DNA of 64,000 nt from Moniliella sp. 'wahieum' (taxonomy: Eukaryota), in the NCBI GenBank assembly GCA_003971905.1, contig RSEE01000079.1:124001-188000 (forward strand), given 5' to 3'. Every line of letters begins with the position of its first letter. The stretch's first letter is position 1. The position numbers were made by a program, and so were the translations under genes. Positions 27,149 through 39,614 of the stretch are shown one piece after another. The notes under the pieces were generated by a model. That model did no database searches, had not been told where the DNA came from, and saw only the letters and a program-made list of their open reading frames with translations.

Positions 27149-28097
27149 TGTGACGGCGCAGGCCACGCATGCGGGAAATGGAGCGACCGTTCCCCTCGGC
27201 CCGGCACACTGCGTAAGTTGCTGCTTCGCAGATCCACAACACCATCCTCTTTGGCCCACTCAACGTCCAGCACAATTGCGTGAAGGCTAAAAGTGCCCGG
27301 TTGTCCCCAACAGCATTTCGGATGCAGCCACTGGCTTGACCTGCGATGGGGTCCAGCACAACAACTTGGCGGGGACGTTGGCGGTGCAGCGCTACGTGTT
27401 TAACCACTTTGTTACCTCTGTGTCTCTTCCCACACTGTCATCCTGCGACTTTTTGCTGACTTGGTCTTTGCCCAGGACTGTGGGCGATCGTCAATATGTT
27501 CAATGCTTATATCTCAGGCATCTCAGAGCCTCAACCCTCCACCCGAGGCTGGGAGTATAGGCGGGCCATATAGGAGTGGTGCGGAAATATGATGGTCTGA
27601 GAGCAGTGGATGACCACTGACATATAATGGCACCGCGAGAGATATGGTCATGCGTCGCGTGTCATGCTGTTCGTATTTACCTCGTCAACAAGGGTCTGCT
27701 TTGCCAAGAGAGGGCGTCGCAATGGAGGTTGGGACGAGGGCGATCTCAAGAACTCGAGAAAGAGGTATGGCGCTTGAAATTCATGAAGGCGGACGGGATG
27801 GCAAAGGAGGAAGGTGGAACGGCGATCTGGGAGTCCCTCTATCGTTCTAGGTATTAAGGTTTTGTAACACAGTGACTAGTGATGCATGATGCATGATGTG
27901 TGTCATGCATGTCGCATGTCGCATGTCACATGCCACAAGCATGTCACCAGCGTCATCGATCGTTGTCACGCGTCATGTCTCACACTGTCATCGATCATCT
28001 CAATCACTGAATGATCGAATCATCGGTCATCGACCTAAGGTTCCTTGTCCCTCATCTATGCCCATCTGTGCCTGCCCCTCCCCCGCCTCAGGCACGA
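27149..28097 (+). mobile_element. Repeat copy 1: DNA-transposon-like relic plus flank
   Basis: Aligns by eye with the reverse complement of 41682-43034. Carries a broken NVQHNC..C..H..YVxNH coding fragment and the end-like sequence ggttttgtaacacagtg (to 27874). The repeat is directly seen; the transposon identity is inferred. Confidence 0.6.
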
Positions 28098-28158
28098 TCA
28101 CGTTCCCGTTCCACGTCCAACGTTGACGCCCAGTTGCATTGCATCTTCCCTTGCATCT

Positions 28159-31100
28159 TCAGCACTCGATCCGCTGTCCCTGCCGCGCCAGCTCGATCCG
28201 CACCCCCAGCCGCGCCCGTTTCTCCCACGCCCGCAGCTCCGACAAGATCCGGTGCTGCATCGAGCGCGGGTCCGGGTAGAGTGGCACATCCTCTTCTCCT
28301 TCGTCTTCTTCTTCTTCTTCTTCTTCTCCCTCCTCCTTCCCCTCCGCGTCCCTGTTCCCTTCCCCGTTCTGCTCGCCGGCATCCTTGTGCTTGGTTGCGC
28401 CTTGCGCGCCGGTCGCTGACTCCGCGTGGTCTTCGTCCTCGTCCTCGTCCTCGTCGCGCAAGTAGGATGGGTAAAGCGCCGACTTGACGTGGATGACAAT
28501 TAGTGTCAGGCCCTGGAGCATTCCGCGTAGACCGCGTAGGTCCGCTTGCTCTTGCTCGCTCATAGCAGGCAGCGGAGGCAGTCCCTTGAGAGCTCTCCAG
28601 CGCTGTTCCAGTTCACGGTACTGTTCCCGTACAGTCCGTGCGAGCGCGACGAGTTCGACGGGCCAAAAGGCGGCGCTGAGGTGACCGTACAATGTCGGGA
28701 GCGGGGTTCGGCAGGAAAACTGCACTCGAGAAAGATGGCATTGAGACGGCCTTGGAGGTAAAGCTGCGCAGCGCGAGTCCAGACGGCTTGGTTGCCTGTC
28801 CAGCCCATGGGGATGAAGTTCACTGGGCAAGGTGGGTGGAGAACGCAGACCGGGACGTAGTTCTTCTCCTTTGGTTTCGTCGTTCGTATCTGTCGATTCG
28901 GCCGGGTCGCCGCGCTTGGAGGCTAGCGCCGCCAATTCCGTCCATACTTCCTCAGCATCTTCATCGGACAAGCTACTGCGAGCCTGTGAGCTGCGGTGCC
29001 AGACCGACGGACGCGGTAGGTTGAACAGCGACGGAGGCGGCGGACAGGCCAGTGCATCCCCCCGCCAGCTAACATGTCACTCTCCACATCGCCAAAGAAG
29101 ACCACGGCGCCCCCCTGCGCCGGATTGTGGAGCACAAACGCAGTGCTTTCCAAGCGATCTTCAATGTCGTCGGGAGGTCGTTGTGCTTCCGGTTTGGCCA
29201 CCTCACTTTCGTTGGGGGACGCAGAGGCGGGCACCGAGACCTGGGCCACGGACAGAGCCGGCTCCTTGGCAGAGGAAGAACTGGGGTTGGGATCTGGCTT
29301 GGACGCATCTCCACCGTGAGCAGTTCCACTTTGGCCCGGGGCCGATTCGGCCAACTCTTCTTCTTCTTCCTCTTCGTCCTCTTCGTCTTCTTCTCGCTCG
29401 TTAATGGAGGGAATCTCATGCAGCTTCTCCTTGCCCTCAGCCCGATCGAGACGGTAGGTAGGCGAGTCGAGGACAGAGGGAGAGCTCTCCTCGTACGCTA
29501 GCTGTTGCGAAAAGCTGGCCCGCATCGTGGGCGAAGCATCTCGGCTCGGGGAACGTGTGGTACCGGGGTAAGGCTCGGTGAAAATTACTTTGGGGTGATC
29601 CCTCGTCGCGCGCCGACCCAGGGGAGAGGCAAGAGCAGTGGCAGTAGGTGGGGAGGGGGTGACACGCGGCGGACTGTGACTGTACTGTGTCATTTCCAGC
29701 TGGGACAGCGGCATCATCGTCTTGGTTGACAAGCCCGTGTCGACCGAATGAGGATGGGGCAAAGGGGGTCGCTGCGGCTCTTCTCCATCTTCCAACTCTT
29801 TCACCCCGGGCAACGGTTCGGCCGCTCGGAATGGTCGGGCCGAAGGGGAGGGAGGTGCGGTAGCAAGCCGCTCGGGCGCTGATCGACGTCCTTGCGCATG
29901 CGCAGGATACGGCACGCCGTATCCCAATCCACTCAACGACTTTCTCGGGTCGGTAAAGTAATTCCCATACGCACCATACGGCGGCGGCACCGTTCCGTAC
30001 CCATACCCGTACCCGTACGCATGCGCCCCAGGCGCATAGGCAAACCCATGGGGCAAAGGGCTGTGGCCATGGGGTGCAGCGGGTGTTTGGGAACTGCGCC
30101 GGCGCATCGTACCCGCCGGCCCAGAAAAGGAGAAAGACAGACTGTTGGTATAAGGGTAACTGTGGGCATAGGGAAGCCCGGCCGTGGGCGCGAGCGAGCC
30201 TCGTCCTAGTGCCGCTTGAAGCGCAGCATGCTGTTCTGGACGATCAAAGGCGTAGCTATGCGCACGACGCAGCGCGAGGGCAGGTGCCATGGTTGTAACC
30301 CTTGGGGAGCGGGGATGGGCGGGGCGTAGCTGTGCGATCCGGCCTGCGACGGCGCTTGGGACGCGACTTGCGATGGACCTTGGGAAGGCGCGATGGCCGA
30401 GGTGCCCCCGGCGGAAGCGGGGGCCGAGGGTGCTGCCGAGCCCACGGGAGCAGTCACAGATCCACGTCCTCCTGACGAAACTGAGTCGCGCGGCTCGGAG
30501 GTGGTAGGTGCGACCGAGGCCGAACCGCTAGGCTCGGTTATGTCCCAGTCTTCGGGTGCGATGCGGGGGTCGCGGCCGTGGCTCACAGGGAACGCTTCGA
30601 CTTCCAACCATCCCTCGAGGATCGAGGTTCGCACCACCGGGGTGAGGCTGGGCAAGGGAACAACGCGTCAGTTGGAAAGATAGTCGCAAGAAGGGTGGGG
30701 CGAGAAGGAGGAACATACGGAGATAGGCTGTACAGCGTGGCACAAAATCCGTTTGGATCATCGTTTTCCGACGAAGCGTCCGGAGCCCAGTCTGCCAGCG
30801 GCGGCCATGCCGACCCATCAAATAGACAGTCCCGGATAGTCGACAAGACGCCCCGGAGGCCATACACGTTTCTCATGCCCGGCAGAGCGGCACATGCAAG
30901 AGCCATACCCAAGGTATGGTCCAGATGGGTGTGAGACACGAGGAACGCACGCACATACGCGCCCATGCCCTACCTTCCACAGCAGCTGTTGGTGCCGAGA
31001 GGGGGCAACTCGTCGTCGTCCAGGCCGAGGCAGGGGTGGAGATTGGAGCGCAGTCAAGTCGGGCACGCCCACAAACGCTGGGCCGTAGCTGTACTCCTCG

Positions 31101-31871
31101 TCCGATTCGGGGTATCCATCGGGCTTGAGATGGGGTCGGCGGCGCGGATGCCGGCGGCGATGCCGGGAGCGCTGCAGTGCCCCGCCGCCAGGAATGCGTT
31201 CGGGCTGTCGCAGCGTGCGCTCCAGGCCACCGAGAAAGGTACCCCCTTCAATCGCGATGCACCCGTCTTCCCAACCCCATTCGCCATCTTCCTCGTCCAA
31301 TCCCGCGTCCTGCGGCGCTCCGTCAGGTGGGGGCTGCTGAGGATGGGACTTGGACTGGGACTGAGATTGGGGCGGGGAGCGAGGGAGTGGAGAGGGTGGA
31401 ACGGGCCGGGGACGGCCCCCGGGTTTGACGAGGTAGCAGGAGGAGTCGGTCTCAAGGGGGCCGCCGCCGGCGCCGAGACAGACAAAGGTGAAGTTGGCGC
31501 GGGCGGCGGGGGCGGGGCGGGGGGGGGTGGCAGAGGTGCTGCCGCTGCCGCTGTCGCTGCCGCTGCCGCTGTCGCTGCCGCTGCCGCTGTCGCTGCCGCT
31601 GCCGCTGCCGCTGGCAGCATCGAGGTCGGCCTGCATCTGGCGAGCGCGGGGGACGAGGCCGCGGGGGGCATGGAAGAGCTTGAGGTGACGGGGGACGCGG
31701 TCGGTGGTCGCATACCAGACGGCGCCGACGTCGGTGTCGGAGCGGGCATCGGAGTCGGAATGGGAGTCGGAGTGGGAGCCGGGGCCGGAGCGGTGGCGGG
31801 CGGCGTGGGGCAGCGGGCATGGTGGGAGTGGGGGTGGAGATGGCCGTCGCGTGCGTCGAGCCGTCGCCCAT
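28159..31871 (-). CDS. PDE1: Class II (low-affinity) cAMP phosphodiesterase
   Basis: CLGAGGGPLETDSSCYL, FLVSHTHLDH (class II HxHLDH), WPPLAD, FPVSHG, STAF, FFGDVESD, IFLECSFP, LYGHL, IHVK, QGQRIEC*. Start codon uncertain. Confidence 0.92.
31538..31612 (-). repeat. (AGCGGC/AGCGAC)n hexamer repeat encoding Ser-Gly/Asp in the PDE1 N-terminus
   Basis: Tandem gccgct/gtcgct units, translating as SGSGSGSDSGSG. Confidence 0.85.
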
Positions 31872-32503
31872 CGGCTGGGGGTTGCGTTGGGGGGCTGGGC
31901 GGCTGCCTGGCGATTGGGGGGGCCAGGATGGATAAGACTAAGCGCTTGCTAAGGCCTGGCCTCCAACGCCCCCAGCCCACTGCCCCCCTGCCTTGCTATG
32001 GCATCCTGTCCACACACTGCCCCGGCGCCCGCCCACGCACTGTCCCGCCCAGGCACCAGCTGACCCGTCACGCATGGCTCACCCGTCACCTGGAACCCAG
32101 CACAGCTCGGCACTGAGACTCAGTGCCATCACAGCGCACATCACATGTCACATGGCCCGTCGCCCACGTCACGCGTCACGAAGGTCACCGCTCCCACGTC
32201 ACCCCCTGTCCCCCACGCATGGGCGGCACCTCGCCCGTCTCTGCCCAATCAATACTGCCCAGTGCCATTTCCCTCCGGCCGCATCCATCATGCATCAATA
32301 TGCAATCTTCAATTGGCAATGTTGCAATCCATCCGCATGTCGGATCTTGCAATGTTGCAATCCCTCCTCTCCGACCTCACATCCACTCCTCCCCCCACAT
32401 CACCTCCACCGCACGGCGTTCCCACCCACCCTGCCCCGCTCGCCATCTCGTCTCCACCACCGCCGCCACAACCACCCCCCCCACCACCATCCCCCCCCTC
32501 CCG

Positions 32504-34908
32504 ATGAGCGCCTGGGACTCCGAATACGACTCTGACTGGGTCTCTCAACACGACCACGACTGGTACTCCGACCAGGATGTCGCCTGGGATTCCGAAACAA
32601 GCCTTGGCGGCACCGCCTACCGCCCTGCGCGCTTCCGCGTTCCTCGCCACGCCCACATCGACGACGAGGATGATGACGAGGTCCCCTTGGACTTCTTCCA
32701 TGAGGATGACGACGAGGGCCCCTTGGACTTCTTCAATGAGGATGACGACGAGGGCCCCTTGGATTTCTTCGATGGCGATGACGACGAGGTCCCCTTGGAT
32801 TTCTTCGATACCCTCTTCGGAGCATATGCCGCCAACCTTGCTACCGACTCCAACCACACCCGCACCCCCAATCCTTTCCCCCCCCTTCCCTTCATGCACT
32901 TGGCCCTGGACACCTTCCTGTCCGACCACGCCTCTCGCGTTCCTTCGCCTTCCTCCCCCTCTGCCAGCGCCCCCAACGGCACCATGCCCGAGGAGGATGT
33001 CCTCACTCCCACTCGCTTCTCCGACCCCGATTCCGATTTCGATTCTGACCCCTACCCCGATCCCCATCCCCGCCCCTTGGCCCGACCGTCGCCCGAGCAG
33101 GTTGTCGAATCTGACTCGGATGCCACTCAACCTGACCTTTCTGACGACAGTGTGGCGCCGCAGCCCCTGAGCCCGGCCGCGCTCGCTTACCGCGTCCCAA
33201 CATCCAACACGCCTCTCCATCCCGCCCTCTGTCTAAGCGACAACGCGAGCAACACCTCGAACAACCCCACTCCAAGCGCTCCAAGGTGAATCACTCTGCT
33301 GGCCTCCGACGCCTGTCCCCCACGGCGAGCACTCCCCTGCTTAGTAGCCGATCTGAGGGGGAAACAAGTTCCACCTTTGCTTCCTCCTGCTGCGACTCCC
33401 GCTCCCATTGCCGCCACAACCACGGTGGCAGTGGCAATCAAGTCGGCTCCGTTGCCCAGCAGATCCCAGCTTTGACCAACACTGCCACGTGCCCCATTTG
33501 TCTTGAAGTGCCACGCAACGCGGTGGCCACCCCTTGCGGTCACATGTTCTGTGGCGAATGTCTTTTCTCTTCCCTTCGTTTCGAGGCAACCAAGGCCCAG
33601 GAAGAAGAAGAGGTGCGGGACCGCAGGGCCGTAGCGCAGGCTGTACTATGGCATAGCCCGTCTCCGCAATCAGCTCGCCGCCCTTGCCCTCACCTCGGGG
33701 CGGGTTCTTCCTTTCTGCCCTGCAATTGTCCAACGTTCTCCGCTCCCTCCCACTCCTCCACCGCCCAGTTGCTCCAACTCTTTATTGAGCGCAACCGCGC
33801 ACTTAATACCGATCATTGGTTCCGGTTTGGTCGGTCTCTTTTGCGCGGCGCCCGCGTCAACAATGTCTTAGTCCTCCCCGGTCGGGAAACACGAATGCCC
33901 GACCGCGCGTCACAGTGGAAGCGCTGATGCGTTACCTTGACACGGCGAGTATTGATCGTCTGGGCTCAGTTTTGGCCGGCACCTACGAGCCCGAAATGGC
34001 CCGGAGCGTGCCCTGGTCACGATCCGGGATGGAACTCAAGTCGAGACCCAAGATGCGAAGTTTATGAGCCCCGCCCCTCGTACACGTCATTTTGGTTCCT
34101 CTTTATCGATTCGACCGGTACGATGGCATCGCGAATGGAGGCGATGCGTGAAACTCATTTGCTCTACCGCGCTGTGCTTGCCTCGCTCCCTGTATCTCGG
34201 CGGGCGTCTGGATCCCTCGATGATCGGGGAAGTGCGCCCCCATCCCGGTCGAGAGGGAGGTGAACGTGATGCGTGAAATGGCACGCTACGCAGAGGAGCA
34301 TCAGCTTACGTACCAATTGGGTATGAGCTCGTCGGTACGGTGGATGGGACAAGATGCGGTGGATCGGTTGTCGGCGGTACTGTGGGGCGTACTGGACGAA
34401 GGCACTTCCCGAGGCTGGACACGTGCCGAGTTTCTGATTGCTGGGCAACAAGAGCGAGCCAACGCACGCAACCTCCTGGTCCTACGCGCCAAGGCCAACG
34501 CCGCGTTCGGGCTGGCAAGGAGGAGACCGATTTGTTCCGTGGTGCGTGCCCGTGTGTCGTGCTCCGATCCCAGGCGGCTTGTTTGCCGGGATTCGGCACC
34601 AGGGCGCCCAAGGCATCCGGTTCAAACTGGCCAAACCCAAGGACGAACTGGCGCTTCGCTATGGTTCGCACTTTATTGCCAGCAGCAACAGGGGTTGGTC
34701 GACCCGGCCTTGGTCGCTCAGTTGCTTGGTCCTCCCCCTTCGAAAGGTACAGGTCGGGTTGAACCTGGCGGGACGCACCTGGTACCGATCGGCGTTCTGC
34801 CGGCACCCACACCTCTTATCCAGCACCGCGTCCCAAGCGAGCCACGGCCAGCTCCACCTCGCGCTCTTCCCTGGACACGATCCTGCTGACCCTATCGTTC
34901 TCGCATGA
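32504..34908 (+). CDS. C3HC4 RING E3 ligase, Slx8/RNF4 (STUbL)-like, with a split RING
   Basis: CPICLEVPRNAVATPCGHMFCGEC at about 33490-33561 and the last CPVCRAPIPG at about 34547. Acidic, disordered N-terminus. The STUbL assignment is inferred and the 3' end is uncertain. Confidence 0.7.
32666..32809 (+). repeat. 4 x 36-bp coding tandem repeat (E/G)DDDE(V/G)PLDFF(H/N/D)
   Basis: Read directly in ORF 32123-33289. Confidence 0.92.
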
Positions 34909-35499
34909 CCCACGTTGGGTCATACGCCCCCCCGCACGCACACCTTCCCCCTACATGGTCATGAGGATGGACTCGAGGACCACCGAAGGTGAACCACTTT
35001 CCCGCGCCCTTCTGCGGCTCCAGTGTCATGTACACTATGCCCCTTCCCCTTCCCTTACGTTTTGGCGTTCCGTATCGATTTTCATATCTGTTGTTCGTGT
35101 TGCTTCTGAAGAGCGCGCAAGACCGGTTTATCTGCAGCGCAAGTCGAATCGGATCCCATTCGCTGTAGCCCCTCCCGCGCCCGCCCATCGAGCCGTGTGT
35201 GCCTCTGTTCCCCTCTTTTGTGCAGGCGGAGAGAGAGATTGCCTTAGACTAGCCACAATGACGCCAGTCTACCACCATGTCTTCCCATGAAAAGCGAGGG
35301 ACCCACCCGGCAGAGTTCATCTCTTCAAGGGTGGTATAGTGGCAGAGAAAATCCTGCGCCTCTCCACGCTCGACCTCATCTACCTGGCAGCGGCGGGAAT
35401 GCTGAAACAAGCGAAAGCCACCTCTGCTTGGCCAGCACACCCCACAGCACATCCCTTCGATGCGTGTTTTTATGTCCTTTCTTGTCCTGCCAACTGATC

Positions 35500-38400
35500 A
35501 TTCAATGCAGTTCATAGCTCCCCTGGTCTGCCCACTGGTACGTGAGATGGCGAGAGGGACGTCCCCATGGGGGAGGTGTCTCCACCTTTGTCCGCCCTGA
35601 TCATCCAGTTGGACACAACAGCTGAAATTCCTTTTCCGCCCCTCCATGCCTCCACTGACGGTCCCCTTCAGCGTCTGCATACCCCTGCCCCCCCAGGAAC
35701 CCGTTTCGTAGCGTAGCCCTCTGCAGCCGAAGGGGAGGCAAATCGCAGCCGACGAGGCGGCTGCGTGTGGGATCGACGAGCCGTGATGGCGAGGGTCGCG
35801 CGTCGAACGCGGGTCGAGACAGGCGCCAGACGGAGGAAGACAAACGAGGCATCAAAGGCACTAGAAATGGATTCAGCAACAGTAGCAAATGGTACATACA
35901 TCAAAATGGGTAAGGGGGAGAAAACAAGGGACGGTGTTGGGCGCCCCAGAAGGGCTGCGCAAGGGACAGCGGAAAGGGCGACATGGTGGACATGTACCTG
36001 CCCAAGCCCCGGATCCTGACGCCCTGACGCCCTGAGGGCCTGGGTCTGCCGCCCTGAGGTCAGACATAGATGAAAACAAAGCAAACCCAAAAAAAGCAGG
36101 AGGGGAATTCACATCTACATCAACTCATCAACTCATCGCGTCCCGGGTGCCAGACAAACTGGATGCGCGACCGATTGCGCGTCACCTTCGAGCGTGTCAA
36201 ACAGCTCGGTCCAGCTTGTTCCCACGCTACTCCGGGGGGGAACATGGACGGGTGAGTGCTGTTGTCCAAGCCCAAGGGGGGTGGATCAACGACGGCGTCA
36301 TGCTGGGCAAACCAGCATACGCCAACGAGGGTGACCGTTGTCCCCCGCGTCGAGGTGCGGCGGTGGGAGAGGCGCTAGCTGCCCGTCGGGGCCGGGGTAG
36401 GAGACAGAGGACCAAGGCCGGCTGTGCTGGACGGCGTGGGACCGTATCCCGTCCCCCAGACAAAAAGTAGCTCAGAGTTCTTGCGATCCATGGGCAGGCG
36501 TGCTAGAGTGTCGCGAGCAACGTTGAGCTCGGGGTCGGAGGTGCGGGCGCGCCGGGCCATGTCGAAAGTGGGGCAGGCGTAGGGTGTGGCGCGGCGGCAC
36601 TGGTTTCTGCAGGGACGACAGGAGCCGAACCACCGGCGCCGGCTCCTGCTGCACCAAGCAGACTCACACTGGCCAAGTGTTGTAGGTTTTGCTGCTAACC
36701 TTGGATACCTTGCAGAGCGCCGAGGTGTTGCAGCTGTTGCAGGAGCTGGAGCGAGTTGAGCTGCGCCCCTACGCCCAGCGCGCCCAGAGAGGAAAGGTGG
36801 GACAATGCGCTGAGCCATTGAGGTGGGTGAGGGAGTTGAGGTCGCCCAGTCCCGAGGGCCGCTCAGGCCACCGAGCGAAGCCAACGCTCCGAGCCCTCCA
36901 AGGCCCCCCAACTGCGTGCTCCATGTTTGGGGAGTCATATCGGCCAAGCGGGACAGACGCGCGTCCATCAGTTGCACCATCTCGTCGTCATCGGTTCCGT
37001 GAGAGGCGAGGGGCACGGTGGCGCTCGGGAGGTTCGCATCCAGACTCGGAGTCACCACGTCGGGCGCATGGATAACTGCGGTGGGGAAGAGAAGCCGTAT
37101 CGGACAGTGCGCTGCACTAAGGGTCTGGCGGTTCAGTCTGCTTGGTCTGTTCTCCCATCGAATCTGGCCTCCTTGTACAGGAAAGGGGGCAGGGACGCAT
37201 GTGCTGCGAACGCAACATTTGCTGTTGAAGCCCACGCTGAACTGTGGCCGCCATAAGACGTTAGGTTTTTACTCACGCCATGCAGAACTGATCCCTCCAC
37301 CGCTTGGCCTTCGTCCTTCAAGCGATCGATGATCCAGGTCAGTTGTCCTCCATCTCCTTTGTTTCTTCCGGACTGTCAAACCCAATCAAGCTCGGTTCCA
37401 ATGGCGCCGAGGGAGCGAATCCCGTCCGAAATGCTTTGGCGTTGCCCCTTGCTCCCCTTCACCCAGCTGGCGGGTGACTTGACGGCGGGTTTTCTTCCTT
37501 CGGGATATCTGCACTCGCATGTGCGCTCAGCCGAGCGGATCAGGTGCACTGGAGGCCGGGAGGGTGGGGTGGACAGAGGATAAAATGTGCGCGGGCGGTA
37601 CCACAAGTCGGTGATCATGGCCAAGCAAGCTTGGAAGAGGTAGTAGCGCTGAATCCGATCTCGCCGGGAAATCCAGTTGGCTGCCATCAGACGCGCCTCG
37701 ATCACGAGTTGACGTGCGAGTCGAGTGCGCGAGGAACCGAGGCAACAAAGGCCTGGTCCGGGCACGGTACCCCTTGCTCATAAATGGACGGTGTAGCTTA
37801 AGTGTGCGTAATGGACAGTGGCACGGATGAGACTCGCTTGCTTTTGGAGCCGTTTGATGTCCAGGTTGTTTTTGAGCTCTTCTTGTCCAAATGTTAGATC
37901 AGTTTCGCGTCTAGTCCACGCACGTTGTTCTAGGACATTATGTAACTTGGCGTCCAGCTTGAGAACCTCTTGATAGTCCACCTCTTCCCCATCACTTCGG
38001 CCTGGATCGTCAACTCATGCACTTGCCGCGCCACATCAGCGGTTTCTAGCAGCCCAAGCCAGGCGTCATGCGGGCTAGGCATGCCCCTCTGACTGCTTTC
38101 TGGTGGGCGGGCGCATAAGGGGGCACGTAGTGTAGCTGTACGGACGGATGGAGTAGGACCCATTCAAACCCGAGTGGTTCCAGTCTGCCATGGCCAGCGC
38201 ACTCCACACCGCCCGCCCAATCTCAAGGTTGTCCATGCTCATTTGACATCGGGATCGACCCACCAATGTAACGCTTTCCGCTGGCTCTTGTCCAGTGAAG
38301 CATCCAAGTCAGGACGTGGGGCCGGGCCCGGCGCCACCCCCACCCACGTTCATCCCAGTCCGGACGGAGCGATAGGTCGTCCGGTGTCTGACCAGGGTAG

Positions 38401-39583
38401 GCAGGTAGATCGGCGGCGAGCCAAGACGGTCCAAAGCCAATCGACGAGCAGCACGCATGCTCCCATCCAACAGCTTGAGCAAGTCTTCGTGACGGAAACG
38501 GTGGGCCAATGTGATGACGGCCACTAGGCTCGCTTGGACTCCTTCGAGAGAAGGGTGGGCTGCCAATTCGTTCGCTTCGAGACATTCCAGTGCCGCGTCC
38601 AGCCAATCATGGAGGAGGGTAGAGATCTGATCACTGTTGCGGACCAAATTGAAAGAGATGATGGTGGTCGAAGGCAGCAGTTCCACAATCGCACTCAACG
38701 CAAACAAGACATACGCCAAAAACGTCAAACGGGGCTGGGTTCCCCAGCACCGGCCCCGTCCCTACCACCGGCTGCACCACGGCTGCCGGGCGGGGGGAAG
38801 GCGGAGCAGTCGACGCACCGTCATTTGCGTCCACAAGTCGATGCCGAATCATCCCACTGGGCCCATCCTCAACAATGGTAGGAAGCACATTCGCCCCTTG
38901 GAACCAAAGCACCCAGCAACCGAGTCATACAGAAGATCCAGCTCCTTCATCACAAAGTCCACGCGCACAAACGGCGTGATCATCCCCAACTCCTCGAGGT
39001 ACATGTTGATCAATTGTACCGTCTGGGGTTTGCCGGGCAGAAGCGCAAGAGCCCGCGTTTTGGCTTTGGCTTCATTGAGTGAATTCTTTTGTAGCACTTT
39101 CTCCCCAATCGCCAACAATGCATTGGCATTGCCGTTTTGTTTTCCCATCCCCAAACCGCCCACCCAACGCCAGGGAAGACGCCCGTTGGGCCAGGTGTGG
39201 CACTGGCACTCCCTGGGTGCGAACTAACTCCCGAACGAGCAGGAGTCTGTGCCCGGTGTGAATCGGATCCTCGACGCCTCGATTCGGGACCAGGCTTTCA
39301 CTTGTTGTATCTTCGGGCCTCGGCCCACCGTTCGAGGAGACCTGGTGGCCGACGCGGAAAGATCGCCATGCGTCGGGGACCAGGGGGGCTTCATCATGGT
39401 GCCAATCGCTGCCATGGTTCCTGCATCGCCACGTGAAGCAGGGCGTCCTCGTGGGCGTCCCCTTGCCTCCTCGTCAGACGAACTCGGATCGGGAATAGAT
39501 ATTTTGGCCCGACGCACACGATTGTCTACCCGGGCTGGAGGCAGACCGGTGGTGGTGGGGTCGAAATGGTGCTAGATCCATAG

Positions 39584-39614
<31 letters not shown>

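Noticed and set aside
27876..27880. Helitron 3' end (CTAG followed by T)
   Set aside because: No GC-rich hairpin upstream, homology continues beyond it, and the CTAG is part of an ACTAGT-type unit.
30965..33220. Long antisense ORFs (e.g. 30965-32116, 32309-33220, also 8967-9689)
   Set aside because: These are shadow ORFs of GC-rich coding or low-complexity sequence on the opposite strand.
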